DNA of 64,000 nucleotides, taken from Candidatus Cloacimonadota bacterium. Lineage in GTDB: Bacteria; Cloacimonadota; Cloacimonadia; JGIOTU-2. The notes under the pieces are model-generated. The model was given only the letters and a program-made list of their open reading frames with translations. It did no database searches and was not told the DNA's origin. This document shows positions 40,631 to 49,553 of the stretch, one piece after another (the first letter of the stretch is position 1; each line of letters opens with the position of its first letter). The stretch is taken from the NCBI GenBank assembly GCA_049903315.1, contig JBNGBT010000002.1, forward strand, positions 192,001 to 256,000. Reading direction: 5' to 3'. Both the position numbers and the translations under genes were made by a program.

Positions 40631-43513
40631 ATGAAATATAAGATTTTTTATATCATTAGTATTTTGTTACTTAGTACAACCTCATATCTGGTTGCGCTCA
40701 ATCCCGTTCTTGTTTCAATCCCATATGATACAGAAATTAATCAGAAAGTTTATGAAAATACACAAGTTTTACATATAACAGATCATGTTATTATCGCTGA
40801 AGCTTCATCAGAAAATTTAAGTAATCTTAAGGACTATACTGTTATCGATACAGAACCGTGGAGTCAGAAATACTTTTTAATTTCCAGCCCTAAAAAAGAA
40901 GATGTAATTATTAGATCGGATTGGGGTAAATTGCTTTTTTCAGAAAACGAACTTGCACTTATCAAAGCTGATGAAGTGCCTTTGGAAGAGATAATTAATA
41001 ATGATTATGTCTTTGTTGAATTACGCAGAAACTTCTTTGAAGCGACCGAACGAAAAATTTGTCCTAAAGACACCTATCAGGTAAATCGAGGAATTATAGA
41101 TGATCTTATTGCGCTTATTGAGCAGGACTCTGTAGAAAGTTATATTCAATCTTTGGAGGATTTCCAAACTCGTTATGCGTATGCTGATACTAGAGACGAA
41201 GTTGCTCAATGGATCGCTAATAAGTTCTTGTCCTTCGGTATTACATCTGTCGAGCAGGATTCCTTTTATTATAATGGTATTTGGCACAAAGATGTGGTCG
41301 CAGTTATTCCCGGGAATGTGAGTCCAGATGAATATATTTTTATTGGAGGGCACCACGACTCGATAGTCCATTTTGGAGCCAATCCCAATCCAATGGTATT
41401 TGCACCAGGTGCTGATGATAACGGAAGCTCTACTGCAGGAGTTCTAGAGATAGCACGTGTGCTCATGGAAATGGATTATGAACCAGATGTCAATCTTGTT
41501 TTCTGTACTTTTGGTGCTGAAGAGATAGGTCTTGTGGGAAGCCATTTTCTTGCTCAAGCTGTTTCTCAGTTAGGACTTGATCTACGTGCAATGATCAATG
41601 CAGACATGATCGCAAATAATACACGCGATCCTGGAGAATGGCTTGTTGATGTATTTCGATATACTGGAGCTGAGCATCTGTATGAACTGGCACTCCAACT
41701 CATACCTCAATATACAACTCTTAGTTTTGGATCTTCAGGTCTTAACAGCAGTGGTTCAGATAGCTATGCTTTCTGGGTGAATGGATATGATCCAGTATAT
41801 TTCTTCGAAAATGAATTTTCTCCTTATTACCATTCGAATCAGGATCTTATGATAAACTGCGATATTCCATACTGTACAGAGATCATTAAACTGCAGCTTG
41901 CCACACTTATATCTCTGGAATCAATGCCCCCTGCAGTTACTCATTACCAGCTCATGGATGGAGGAAGTGGCTCAGAACTCTATCTCCAATGGAATAGTTC
42001 ACTTGTTGCCGATATTGATCATTATCAGATTGGGGTTGGAACAACTTCCGGCATATATACCTCAACTTATACGACAAACGATACAACTTTTGCATTAACA
42101 GATCTTACAGAAGGTCAGCTGTACTATGTTGGAGTATCTGCAGTAAATACCTCGAGTACAAGCAGCTTCATAGTAGAAAAATCGCTAGCTCCTGAAGCAT
42201 TACCGCGAATGCCGGATAATTTTGTTGCAAATCCTGAATGGTTTAAAATTGAACTCTCCTGGTCACCAAATCCAGAAATGGATCTAGATGGATATGAGCT
42301 CTATCGAAGTGAACTCCAGACCGGACCCTATGAACTCCTTACTACTTCGCTTCTGGAAGATACATTGTACACCGACACAGATGTATCCAGTGGTCAGTTT
42401 TACTATTACTATGTTCACGCACTTGATGATGAAGGACATATCAGTCTATCAACAGATTCGTTAAAAAGCAGAGCAGTTACCCTTGATCAGGGAATTCTTC
42501 TGGTTGATAATACAAAGGATGGAATTGGAACTTTCATGAATCCAACTGATGCTGAATGTGATGCTTATTATGATGAATTACTCGATGGATATACTGTTAC
42601 TCAATATGATACCTATCAGGAAGAGCAGGTAACTCTCGCGCAGCTTGGTCCGTATTCTACCGTCTATTGGTATATCGATGATGCATCAGGTACTTCATCG
42701 GCAGGATTGTCAATTCCAGATATTGAGCAATATCTCGATTTTGGCGGACAAATTCTTATTTCCGGATTTAAATTGACAGATGTATTCTCGGAAGAATTAG
42801 GGTATCCCCGGTATTTTGAGGAAGGTACATTCTGTTATGATTATCTAAAGCTTGGTGAAGCAGACATGGATAATTTCGCTCGATTTTACTATGCTGATCC
42901 TGTTTTTTCAGGTTTTGAAGCTTTTTATATAGATACCACCAAAACACTCGCGGCTGCAGATTATCATATCTTCAGAGTAGAGAGTGTCACCCCAAATGAT
43001 GATGGATTTTCCGTTTATAATTACGAGAGTTTATATGAAGATACGAGTCCCTTTGGTGTCATGAATGGTATGCCGGTGAGTACTGCGTATTTTGGAGTAG
43101 ATTATCAATCATTTACAATTCCGGTTCCTTTCTATTATATACAACTCGATGATGCCAGAACATTTATCGATCATCTTTTCCAAGATTATTTTGGAGAAAC
43201 TGTCGGTATCGATGATCCTGGTGTTCATCCGTCACAAGAAATCATGTTACATCAAAATTATCCTAATCCGTTAAGGAATACAACTACCTTTTCCTTTGTG
43301 ATACCAGATAATCATACATCTGCTAAGATTAGGATATTTAATCTTCGAGGACAGCTGATCAATGAACTCACTGGATCTGATACTCGAGCCAATGAGATGA
43401 TCTGGGATGGAAAGAACAGAAAGGGTAAGGATCTTGCCAACGGTATTTACTTCTACAGTCTAATTTTCGATGACAAGATTGTCCAGACAAAGAAATTAGT
43501 GATTCTAAGATAG
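40631..43513 (+). CDS. Secreted M28 metallopeptidase with FN3 domains and T9SS-A/FlgD-like CTD
   Basis: GGHHDS, PGADDNGS, GAEEIGL.GS, SD...F, YH; NYPNP...WDG...GIYFY. Confidence 0.9.
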   Translation: MKYKIFYIISILLLSTTSYLVALNPVLVSIPYDTEINQKVYENTQVLHITDHVIIAEASSENLSNLKDYTVIDTEPWSQKYFLISSPKKEDVIIRSDWGKLLFSENELALIKADEVPLEEIINNDYVFVELRRNFFEATERKICPKDTYQVNRGIIDDLIALIEQDSVESYIQSLEDFQTRYAYADTRDEVAQWIANKFLSFGITSVEQDSFYYNGIWHKDVVAVIPGNVSPDEYIFIGGHHDSIVHFGANPNPMVFAPGADDNGSSTAGVLEIARVLMEMDYEPDVNLVFCTFGAEEIGLVGSHFLAQAVSQLGLDLRAMINADMIANNTRDPGEWLVDVFRYTGAEHLYELALQLIPQYTTLSFGSSGLNSSGSDSYAFWVNGYDPVYFFENEFSPYYHSNQDLMINCDIPYCTEIIKLQLATLISLESMPPAVTHYQLMDGGSGSELYLQWNSSLVADIDHYQIGVGTTSGIYTSTYTTNDTTFALTDLTEGQLYYVGVSAVNTSSTSSFIVEKSLAPEALPRMPDNFVANPEWFKIELSWSPNPEMDLDGYELYRSELQTGPYELLTTSLLEDTLYTDTDVSSGQFYYYYVHALDDEGHISLSTDSLKSRAVTLDQGILLVDNTKDGIGTFMNPTDAECDAYYDELLDGYTVTQYDTYQEEQVTLAQLGPYSTVYWYIDDASGTSSAGLSIPDIEQYLDFGGQILISGFKLTDVFSEELGYPRYFEEGTFCYDYLKLGEADMDNFARFYYADPVFSGFEAFYIDTTKTLAAADYHIFRVESVTPNDDGFSVYNYESLYEDTSPFGVMNGMPVSTAYFGVDYQSFTIPVPFYYIQLDDARTFIDHLFQDYFGETVGIDDPGVHPSQEIMLHQNYPNPLRNTTTFSFVIPDNHTSAKIRIFNLRGQLINELTGSDTRANEMIWDGKNRKGKDLANGIYFYSLIFDDKIVQTKKLVILR

Positions 43514-43533
43514 AATATTACTTATTAAGAATT

Positions 43534-43566
43534 AAGAGGAAAGTCTTCATTGCTTTCCTCTTTTTT
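43534..43566 (+). terminator. Intrinsic terminator
   Basis: aagaggaaag/ctttcctctt stem plus T-run. Confidence 0.75.
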
Positions 43567-43612
43567 CTTTTCAAGAATAATTTCTCAAAGAGAATTTTAA
43601 GTATATGAATTC

Positions 43613-43647
43613 ATCCCAAGTCATTCCCTGCGTGACCGACTCGGGAT
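43613..43647. repeat. 35-bp hairpin, direct repeat of 44243-44277
   Basis: Shared loop ttccctgcgtgac; stems atcccaagtc/gactcgggat and atcacgagtcg/cgactcgtgat. Confidence 0.85.
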
Positions 43648-43663
43648 TCAATAAATTCTATTC

Positions 43664-43723
43664 GTAGCGGCTGAACATGTTCAGCCTCTACATCTCTCGT
43701 TACCAAACCCCGGCTTGGTTATG
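43664..43723 (-). repeat. Inverted copy of the composite REP (cattaccaag...ttggtaatgag plus GTAG hairpin)
   Basis: Reverse complement resembles 46438-46503 and 47512-47577, with a shorter linker. Confidence 0.8.
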
Positions 43724-43982
43724 TGAACTCTGTAATCAGGGACCAGTTCAAATAATTTACATTGGGATCTTATGTTACTTCTTCTTAAAAAAAATTTCAA
43801 TAACCAAACAATATATTTCTTGACGTTAATTTTATTTCCATAACCAAAAGAAAATTAATATAGTTATTCCTCTATATTTGAACTTGTTGTTGTACTTATT
43901 GCTTCAACTCATGTTTGATTAAGAATGTGTGCGGTCTGACAATCCGCCTGTATTGTATCACGAAATGAAAAGGACCAGAGAA

Positions 43983-44193
43983 ATGTTTAAGAAATTGAAA
44001 ATAGTATCGGGAATGATGATGGTTATATTGTTCCTATTAAGCACAAACCTGTTCGCACAAAACTATAGTGGAGGATCCGGGACTGAGGAAGATCCATATT
44101 ACATTACAAGCAAGACAAATCTAAAATATCTCTCTGAAAAATCAGGTAAATGGCAAAACAGCAGAGACGAAAAAACTCATTTTAATGAGATAA
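43983..44193 (+). pseudogene. Internally deleted secreted CTD protein gene
   Basis: Signal peptide and YSGGSGTEEDPY joined out of frame to VNGKTAETKKLILMR* (44146-44193), the same C-terminus as gene 44363-46303. Confidence 0.85.
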
Positions 44194-44362
44194 AAAAACA
44201 CGACTCAGTCTGCAAGAATGAGTCGGGGTGAAAAGAATATTTATCACGAGTCGTTCCCTGCGTGACCGACTCGTGATTCAAATATAGAAGTTTAATATAG
44301 TGTATTTAATGCTCAACGTGTTAACTTTCTGATTAATTTAAAAAAATGTGAAAGGAAAAAGA

Positions 44363-46303
44363 ATGAAAAAAATGAATTTAGTGTTTATCTTATTATTTAC
44401 AATAGTTTTGATGACTGGCACGAAGCTGGCAGCACAAACAACGTTATATGTTGATGCTTCTGCTAGCGGAAGTAACAACGGCACAAACTGGACTAATGCC
44501 TACACTTCTTTTCAGTCAGCTCTTGATGGAGCCGTTTCCGGCGATCAAATTTGGGTAGCTAAAGGAACATACAATCCAAGTTATGATTATGGTTTGGGAG
44601 GTGGTTCACGTTATTACCATTTCCGCATGATAAATGGTGTGGCAATCTACGGTGGCTTTACGGGGACAGAAAGTGCTGTGAGCGAGAGAACAAATTACGG
44701 TTTTGGTGAAGCAAACGAAACCATACTGAGCGGGGACATCGGGGCGATTGGTGATAATACCGACAACTGCTACCACGTTATTTATCATCCTTCTTTCTCT
44801 ACTAACCTTACTGCCATTCTAGACGGCTTTACCATTACAGATGGGAATGCGGATGATGGCAATGATCCGCACAAAAGCGGTGGTGGAATGCATAATGATC
44901 GTTCTTCTCCGACTCTTACCAATTGTACTTTCACATCGAATTCAGCTAAATACGGAGGTGGACTGTATAATTTTAATCAAAATTCTCCTTCACTTACGAA
45001 TTGCACCTTCATATTGAATTCGGCTGTTTATGACGGCGGTGGAATGCTTAATAAACAATTGTCCACTCCGGCCATTACCAATTGTACTTTCACATCGAAT
45101 TCAGCTAGATACGGAGGTGGACTGTATAATAATTCTTCTTCTCCTTATGTTACGAATTGCGCCTTCACCTCGAATTCAGTTTCTTGGTGGGGCGGTGGAA
45201 TGTTTAATAATTCTTCTTCTCCAACAGTTACCAATTGCACCTTCACATCGAATTCGGCTGATGAGTCCGGAGGTGGGATATTTAATTATTTTGCTGCTTC
45301 TTCACCGACCCTTAATAATTGCATTGTTTGGGGAAATGATGCTCCAGATGGTGATGAAATTTATAATAATCAGGGAACAATCACGCTGAATTACTCCTGT
45401 TATGCAAATGACACGGGTGATGTTTACGGTACACCAGTAGTTTCGCACTGCATCACCTCCGATCCCTGTTTCGTGGGCGTCGAAAATAATCCAGACCATC
45501 CTTACAGCATAGGCGGTATTTCGCCTTGTTGTGATACCGGAAATGACAGCTATAATTCTGAAGAATATGATATAAGGGGAGAAGGATATCCAAGGAAACT
45601 AAATAAGAGCACTGGTGGTTCTGGAACGATCGATATGGGCGCTTATGAATATAAAATAGGGACTGATCCAACACTTCCTGTCACCCTTTCCGCCTTCACC
45701 GCAGAATTCATCAATAATACCTCAACCCTTTACTGGGAAACCCAATCTGAGGTAGACAATCTTGGTTGGAATCTTTACAGAAATGTTGTGCAGGAATTCT
45801 CTAACTCGGAACAGATCACTCATGAAATGATACCCGGTAACGGCACGATCACAGAGCCAAGTTACTATAATTTTGAAGATACAGCCGATCTTGAGATTGG
45901 ACACACCTATTATTACTGGCTGGAAAGCATAGACTACAGCGGGATCTCACAAGTGTACAGCAGGGTAGCTCAGATCACGATTCCTGATCCTTCTGTGAAT
46001 CCCCAGAATATCGAGCCGCCAATAGTGTATGATTTCAAAAATATACCAAATCCGATAAGCGGTAATGCACAATTCCAGTTCACCTTTGATAAATCAAGCA
46101 TGGTTTCGGTCTCGATTTATAATATTCTTGGTGAATTAGTTCAAACTCTCCCGCAAGTAATGACACAGCCGGATGAAACTGCTCATATATACTGGAATGG
46201 CAAAAACAGTAATGGAAAAGAACTCACACCTGGTGTCTATTTCTACAACCTCATTGTGAATGGAAAAACAGCAGAAACAAAGAAACTCATTTTAATGAGA
46301 TAA
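44363..46303 (+). CDS. Secreted beta-helix protein (choice-of-anchor Q/PMP-like) with T9SS-A/FlgD-like CTD
   Basis: YVDASA.G.NNGT.W..AY; repeated TNCTF.SNSA..GGG; IDMGAYE; LPV.L..F; GVYFY. Confidence 0.88.
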   Translation: MKKMNLVFILLFTIVLMTGTKLAAQTTLYVDASASGSNNGTNWTNAYTSFQSALDGAVSGDQIWVAKGTYNPSYDYGLGGGSRYYHFRMINGVAIYGGFTGTESAVSERTNYGFGEANETILSGDIGAIGDNTDNCYHVIYHPSFSTNLTAILDGFTITDGNADDGNDPHKSGGGMHNDRSSPTLTNCTFTSNSAKYGGGLYNFNQNSPSLTNCTFILNSAVYDGGGMLNKQLSTPAITNCTFTSNSARYGGGLYNNSSSPYVTNCAFTSNSVSWWGGGMFNNSSSPTVTNCTFTSNSADESGGGIFNYFAASSPTLNNCIVWGNDAPDGDEIYNNQGTITLNYSCYANDTGDVYGTPVVSHCITSDPCFVGVENNPDHPYSIGGISPCCDTGNDSYNSEEYDIRGEGYPRKLNKSTGGSGTIDMGAYEYKIGTDPTLPVTLSAFTAEFINNTSTLYWETQSEVDNLGWNLYRNVVQEFSNSEQITHEMIPGNGTITEPSYYNFEDTADLEIGHTYYYWLESIDYSGISQVYSRVAQITIPDPSVNPQNIEPPIVYDFKNIPNPISGNAQFQFTFDKSSMVSVSIYNILGELVQTLPQVMTQPDETAHIYWNGKNSNGKELTPGVYFYNLIVNGKTAETKKLILMR

Positions 46304-46466
46304 CAGATTGTTCATTACCAAGCTGGGGCTTGGTAATGAGGAAAGAACTCACACCCGGTGTCTATTTCTACAACCTCATTGTGAATGGGACAACAGCAGA
46401 AACGAAGAAACTCATTTTAATGAGATAACGGATTGTTCATTACCAAGCTGGGGTTTGGTAATGAGG
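46217..46466 (+). repeat. 125-bp tandem duplication of the gene 3' end plus REP hairpin
   Basis: Units 46217-46341 and 46342-46466, about 6 substitutions. Confidence 0.95.
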
Positions 46467-46479
46467 ATACATTTTCGGT

Positions 46480-46503
46480 GTAGGGGCTGAACATGTTCAG
46501 CCC
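46480..46503 (+). repeat. GTAG-family REP-like hairpin
   Basis: GTAG-gggctgaac-at-gttcagccc; identical at 47554-47577, variant at 43664. Confidence 0.8.
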
Positions 46504-46788
46504 TTCTATTTATCTGTCAGAACGTACTATAGTTTAATATTGCATCAATTTATTGACATGCTGAATCGGTTCGTAATGAAGTTGGAATCAACACAAAATG
46601 TCTTCCAATTATTTTCGTCGTTGATAATGAGCTCGGTATCAATATGGGTTTTATCGAGGTAAGAGTTTCCAAAAAATAGCTAAAAGCCATATAATGTTTA
46701 TTTTAGTGTATTTAAAGCTCAAAGTGTGTTAATTTTCTATTTATTTTATATGGTGAAAGAATAAAAACAGATCGAGAAAAAAGGAAAA

Positions 46789-47295
46789 ATGAAAAAAAGT
46801 AAGAAATCAAAAATGAAAACATTTTATCAGAATGTATTTATTATCTTCGTGATTTGTATTTTCGGTTGCCAACAGCCCCGACAAAAATCTATAGAAAAGG
46901 AGAATGAAATGATTAAAACAGAAGTCAAAGAGCAATTCAATCAACTAATTTCTGCATTAAACAATTTGGATTCAAATGCATGGTCCGGATTTTATAGCAA
47001 AGATGAGTTTGTGTCATCATTTGTCAGTACAGATTTTTACTCGAATCGAGGTGAATTCATAGAGGCAATAAAACATTATTTTGCACTGAGAGAGCATCAG
47101 CAGGTTGAACCACTCGAAGTACAAGTTACAGAGCTATCTCCAACTGTGGCTCTATTAACGAGTCAAGAAAAGACGGAAATGCGATTGAAAAATGGTGAAA
47201 AATTCAAATCCAAACATGTTTTTACAATGATCTGGAAAAAAGAGCATGACGGATGGAAGATTATACATTCTCATGAATCATGGATTGCTGAGTAG
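46789..47295 (+). CDS. NTF2/SnoaL-like (DUF4440-type) lipoprotein
   Basis: IFGC lipobox; C-terminal T.IWKK..DGWKIIHSHES. Confidence 0.82.
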   Translation: MKKSKKSKMKTFYQNVFIIFVICIFGCQQPRQKSIEKENEMIKTEVKEQFNQLISALNNLDSNAWSGFYSKDEFVSSFVSTDFYSNRGEFIEAIKHYFALREHQQVEPLEVQVTELSPTVALLTSQEKTEMRLKNGEKFKSKHVFTMIWKKEHDGWKIIHSHESWIAE

Positions 47296-47479
47296 TATAA
47301 ATAAATAAATTCCTTAAGTTCACTTTTCCTATTACCAAAAAAGGAGTATTCCTTTAGCTTCATATGATGAGTAGATAAAAACGAATTTTATCATTATTTA
47401 TCAGTCTATCTTTTATAATAAAGGTTTGAAAAACACATCGGTTTGATAAAAAGTATCTAGTTGAGAATGTTTGAAATGT

Positions 47480-47579
47480 AGAAACTCATGTTAATGAGAT
47501 AAAAGATTGTTCTTTACCAAGCTGGGGCTTGGTAATGAGAATACATTTTCGTTGTAGGGGCTGAACATGTTCAGCCCTT
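47480..47579 (+). repeat. 100-bp direct repeat of 46406-46505 (gene end plus two REPs)
   Basis: Colinear at offset 1074 with few substitutions. Confidence 0.92.
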
Positions 47580-47600
47580 TTTTTATTATAGAATATCCAA

Positions 47601-48488
47601 TTATTCTAAATAAACTCCAACGCCGACAATAAGCACATCACCATCAACCTCGATCTGCCTTATATACGATGATTTTGCAGAAAGTTTATCGTCACCGGGC
47701 TTATTCCAAAAATAATCTACCCAACCGCAGCCATTTTCTCTTCCAACTTCAAGCATTTCTCGTATAAAGTATTTACCTTCTTCATCTTGAGTATCATAAA
47801 GATTTGTTCCTTCAATTTCCGGATGTACGAGGAGTGTTCCTTCTTCATCGAGTACAAATACATAATTGTCGTTGAAAATAAATTCGGATGTGGGATCTCT
47901 TAATTCGTCAAAAGCTGTTATTCCTTCTTCTTCAATCATATCAGCAGCTTCGTTCACTTGATCCACAATAAAAGCTTGTTCCATTTTCATATTGTAAAGT
48001 CCGCAGCCTGCAATATATTTCTTTCCGGATGGAGCAATTGCAGATCGCACAAAAGTCGTCTTCCATGTGGATTCATCCTGGCCTGGAATATTCCACAAAT
48101 AATGAGACCAACCGCTGCTGTCTTCGCTGGACACTTCAATGATGAACCATTTGATAAAAGGTTTTCCGTTCACGTCTGTGAGTTCCATTACATTAGTACC
48201 GACCAAGGCAGTACTCGCATGAGCATATACCATCGCGTCCGGATCAATAATAAAAATATACTTATCACCATGACGCCATTTGGAATCCTGAACTGCAAAT
48301 TCGGCAAATGCATCTTCGCCCTTTTCTTCGATCAATACAGCGGCATCATTCACGAGGTCTACTAATTGTTCAGTTTCTTTATACTGATATTCTGCATCTT
48401 CAGCACATAAGCTTAGACTCAAGATTAGAAAACTAATCAAAACACAAAATGATCGTAAAAACTGAGTGAAGTACTTTTCTTTTTTCAT
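47601..48488 (-). CDS. Secreted protein with two single-Cache domains and no signalling domain
   Basis: Two copies of YIF..D....AH....G.N.....D..GK.FI......GW..Y.W..PG. Confidence 0.85.
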   Translation of the reverse strand: MKKEKYFTQFLRSFCVLISFLILSLSLCAEDAEYQYKETEQLVDLVNDAAVLIEEKGEDAFAEFAVQDSKWRHGDKYIFIIDPDAMVYAHASTALVGTNVMELTDVNGKPFIKWFIIEVSSEDSSGWSHYLWNIPGQDESTWKTTFVRSAIAPSGKKYIAGCGLYNMKMEQAFIVDQVNEAADMIEEEGITAFDELRDPTSEFIFNDNYVFVLDEEGTLLVHPEIEGTNLYDTQDEEGKYFIREMLEVGRENGCGWVDYFWNKPGDDKLSAKSSYIRQIEVDGDVLIVGVGVYLE

Positions 48489-48622
48489 TTTTGCTCCTGG
48501 ATTTATATTTGGATAATTCTCCGGAATTTAGGAATTTATCAAATTTTACGTCAATATTTATATTTTCATCTCTTAATTCCATTGTCTGTTATCTCATGAA
48601 GTTAGGAAATGATTCTTTATAC

Positions 48623-48664
48623 AAAAACATTTTGATGAAATAGAAAACACGACTCAGTCTGCAA
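48623..48664 (+). repeat. Decayed direct repeat of 44171-44215
   Basis: aaaaacattttgatgaaatagaaaacacgactcagtctgcaa. Confidence 0.8.
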
Positions 48665-48800
48665 TATTAGGAAAGTGTGATGAATTTTATTTTATACAGA
48701 TTATCATTTTCTAATGATATTTATCTTGACGCCAAAAATACAGATTAATTCCTTTACAGATAATTCAAATTCTCATATGAGAAATTAATCAGGAGGTCTG

Positions 48801-49553
48801 ATGATAGAAATCCTTGACCTGAAAAAGGTCTTTGAAAACAAAAAAAAGGGAACAGTATCCTACAAGGAAGCACTCAAGGGCATCAGCTTCATGTGCAAAC
48901 CGGGTGAGATTTTCGGTCTGCTCGGTCCTAATGGTGCAGGAAAAACAACCACACTTCGCTGTATCTCGACCCTGATAAAGCCGACATCTGGTCAAATCAC
49001 AGTCAATGGCTTTGATTCACAGAAAAATGACAGGCAAGTGCGCTCGATAATTGGCTTTCTTACCAGTGATATGAAGCTGGATGGCTTCTTTACACCGGAT
49101 TATATGATGGATTACTTTGGTCGCTTGAATAAAATGGCTCCGGATGCAGTTGCGGAACGGAAAGAAATACTTATCAAAGAACTGCACATGGAGGAGTTCC
49201 GCCATAAGAAAATCGATAAGCTTTCAAGCGGTATGAAGCAGAAAACATCCATTGCGATCAGTCTTGTTCATAATCCGGATGTGATAATCTTTGATGAACC
49301 AACCAACGGGCTGGATGTTGTCACAGCAAAGAATGTCACCGATTTCCTGAAGAAATATGCGAAAGAGGGGAAAACTGTACTCATATCCACGCATATTATG
49401 GGTGTTGCAGAACAGATCTGCGACAAGATCGGAATTTTGATAGAAGGACTTATAAAAGAACTGGGTACTCTCGACGAGATAGTAAAAAGGAATAACACGG
49501 ACAATCTTGAAGATGTATTCTTCAAATATCTGGAGGTGCAAGATGTTGAGTGA
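48801..49553 (+). CDS. ABC transporter ATP-binding protein (NatA-like)
   Basis: GPNGAGKTT, LSSGMKQK, FDEPT.GLD. Confidence 0.92.
   Translation: MIEILDLKKVFENKKKGTVSYKEALKGISFMCKPGEIFGLLGPNGAGKTTTLRCISTLIKPTSGQITVNGFDSQKNDRQVRSIIGFLTSDMKLDGFFTPDYMMDYFGRLNKMAPDAVAERKEILIKELHMEEFRHKKIDKLSSGMKQKTSIAISLVHNPDVIIFDEPTNGLDVVTAKNVTDFLKKYAKEGKTVLISTHIMGVAEQICDKIGILIEGLIKELGTLDEIVKRNNTDNLEDVFFKYLEVQDVE

Noticed and set aside
46217..46466. Diversity-generating retroelement VR/TR pair
   Set aside because: Only about 6 differences, not all at adenines, several synonymous or non-coding; no reverse transcriptase or Avd in the window.
43613..48664. Classical integron cassette array
   Set aside because: No tyrosine recombinase, no RYYYAAC/GTTRRRY attC boxes recognised, and one cargo gene is inverted.
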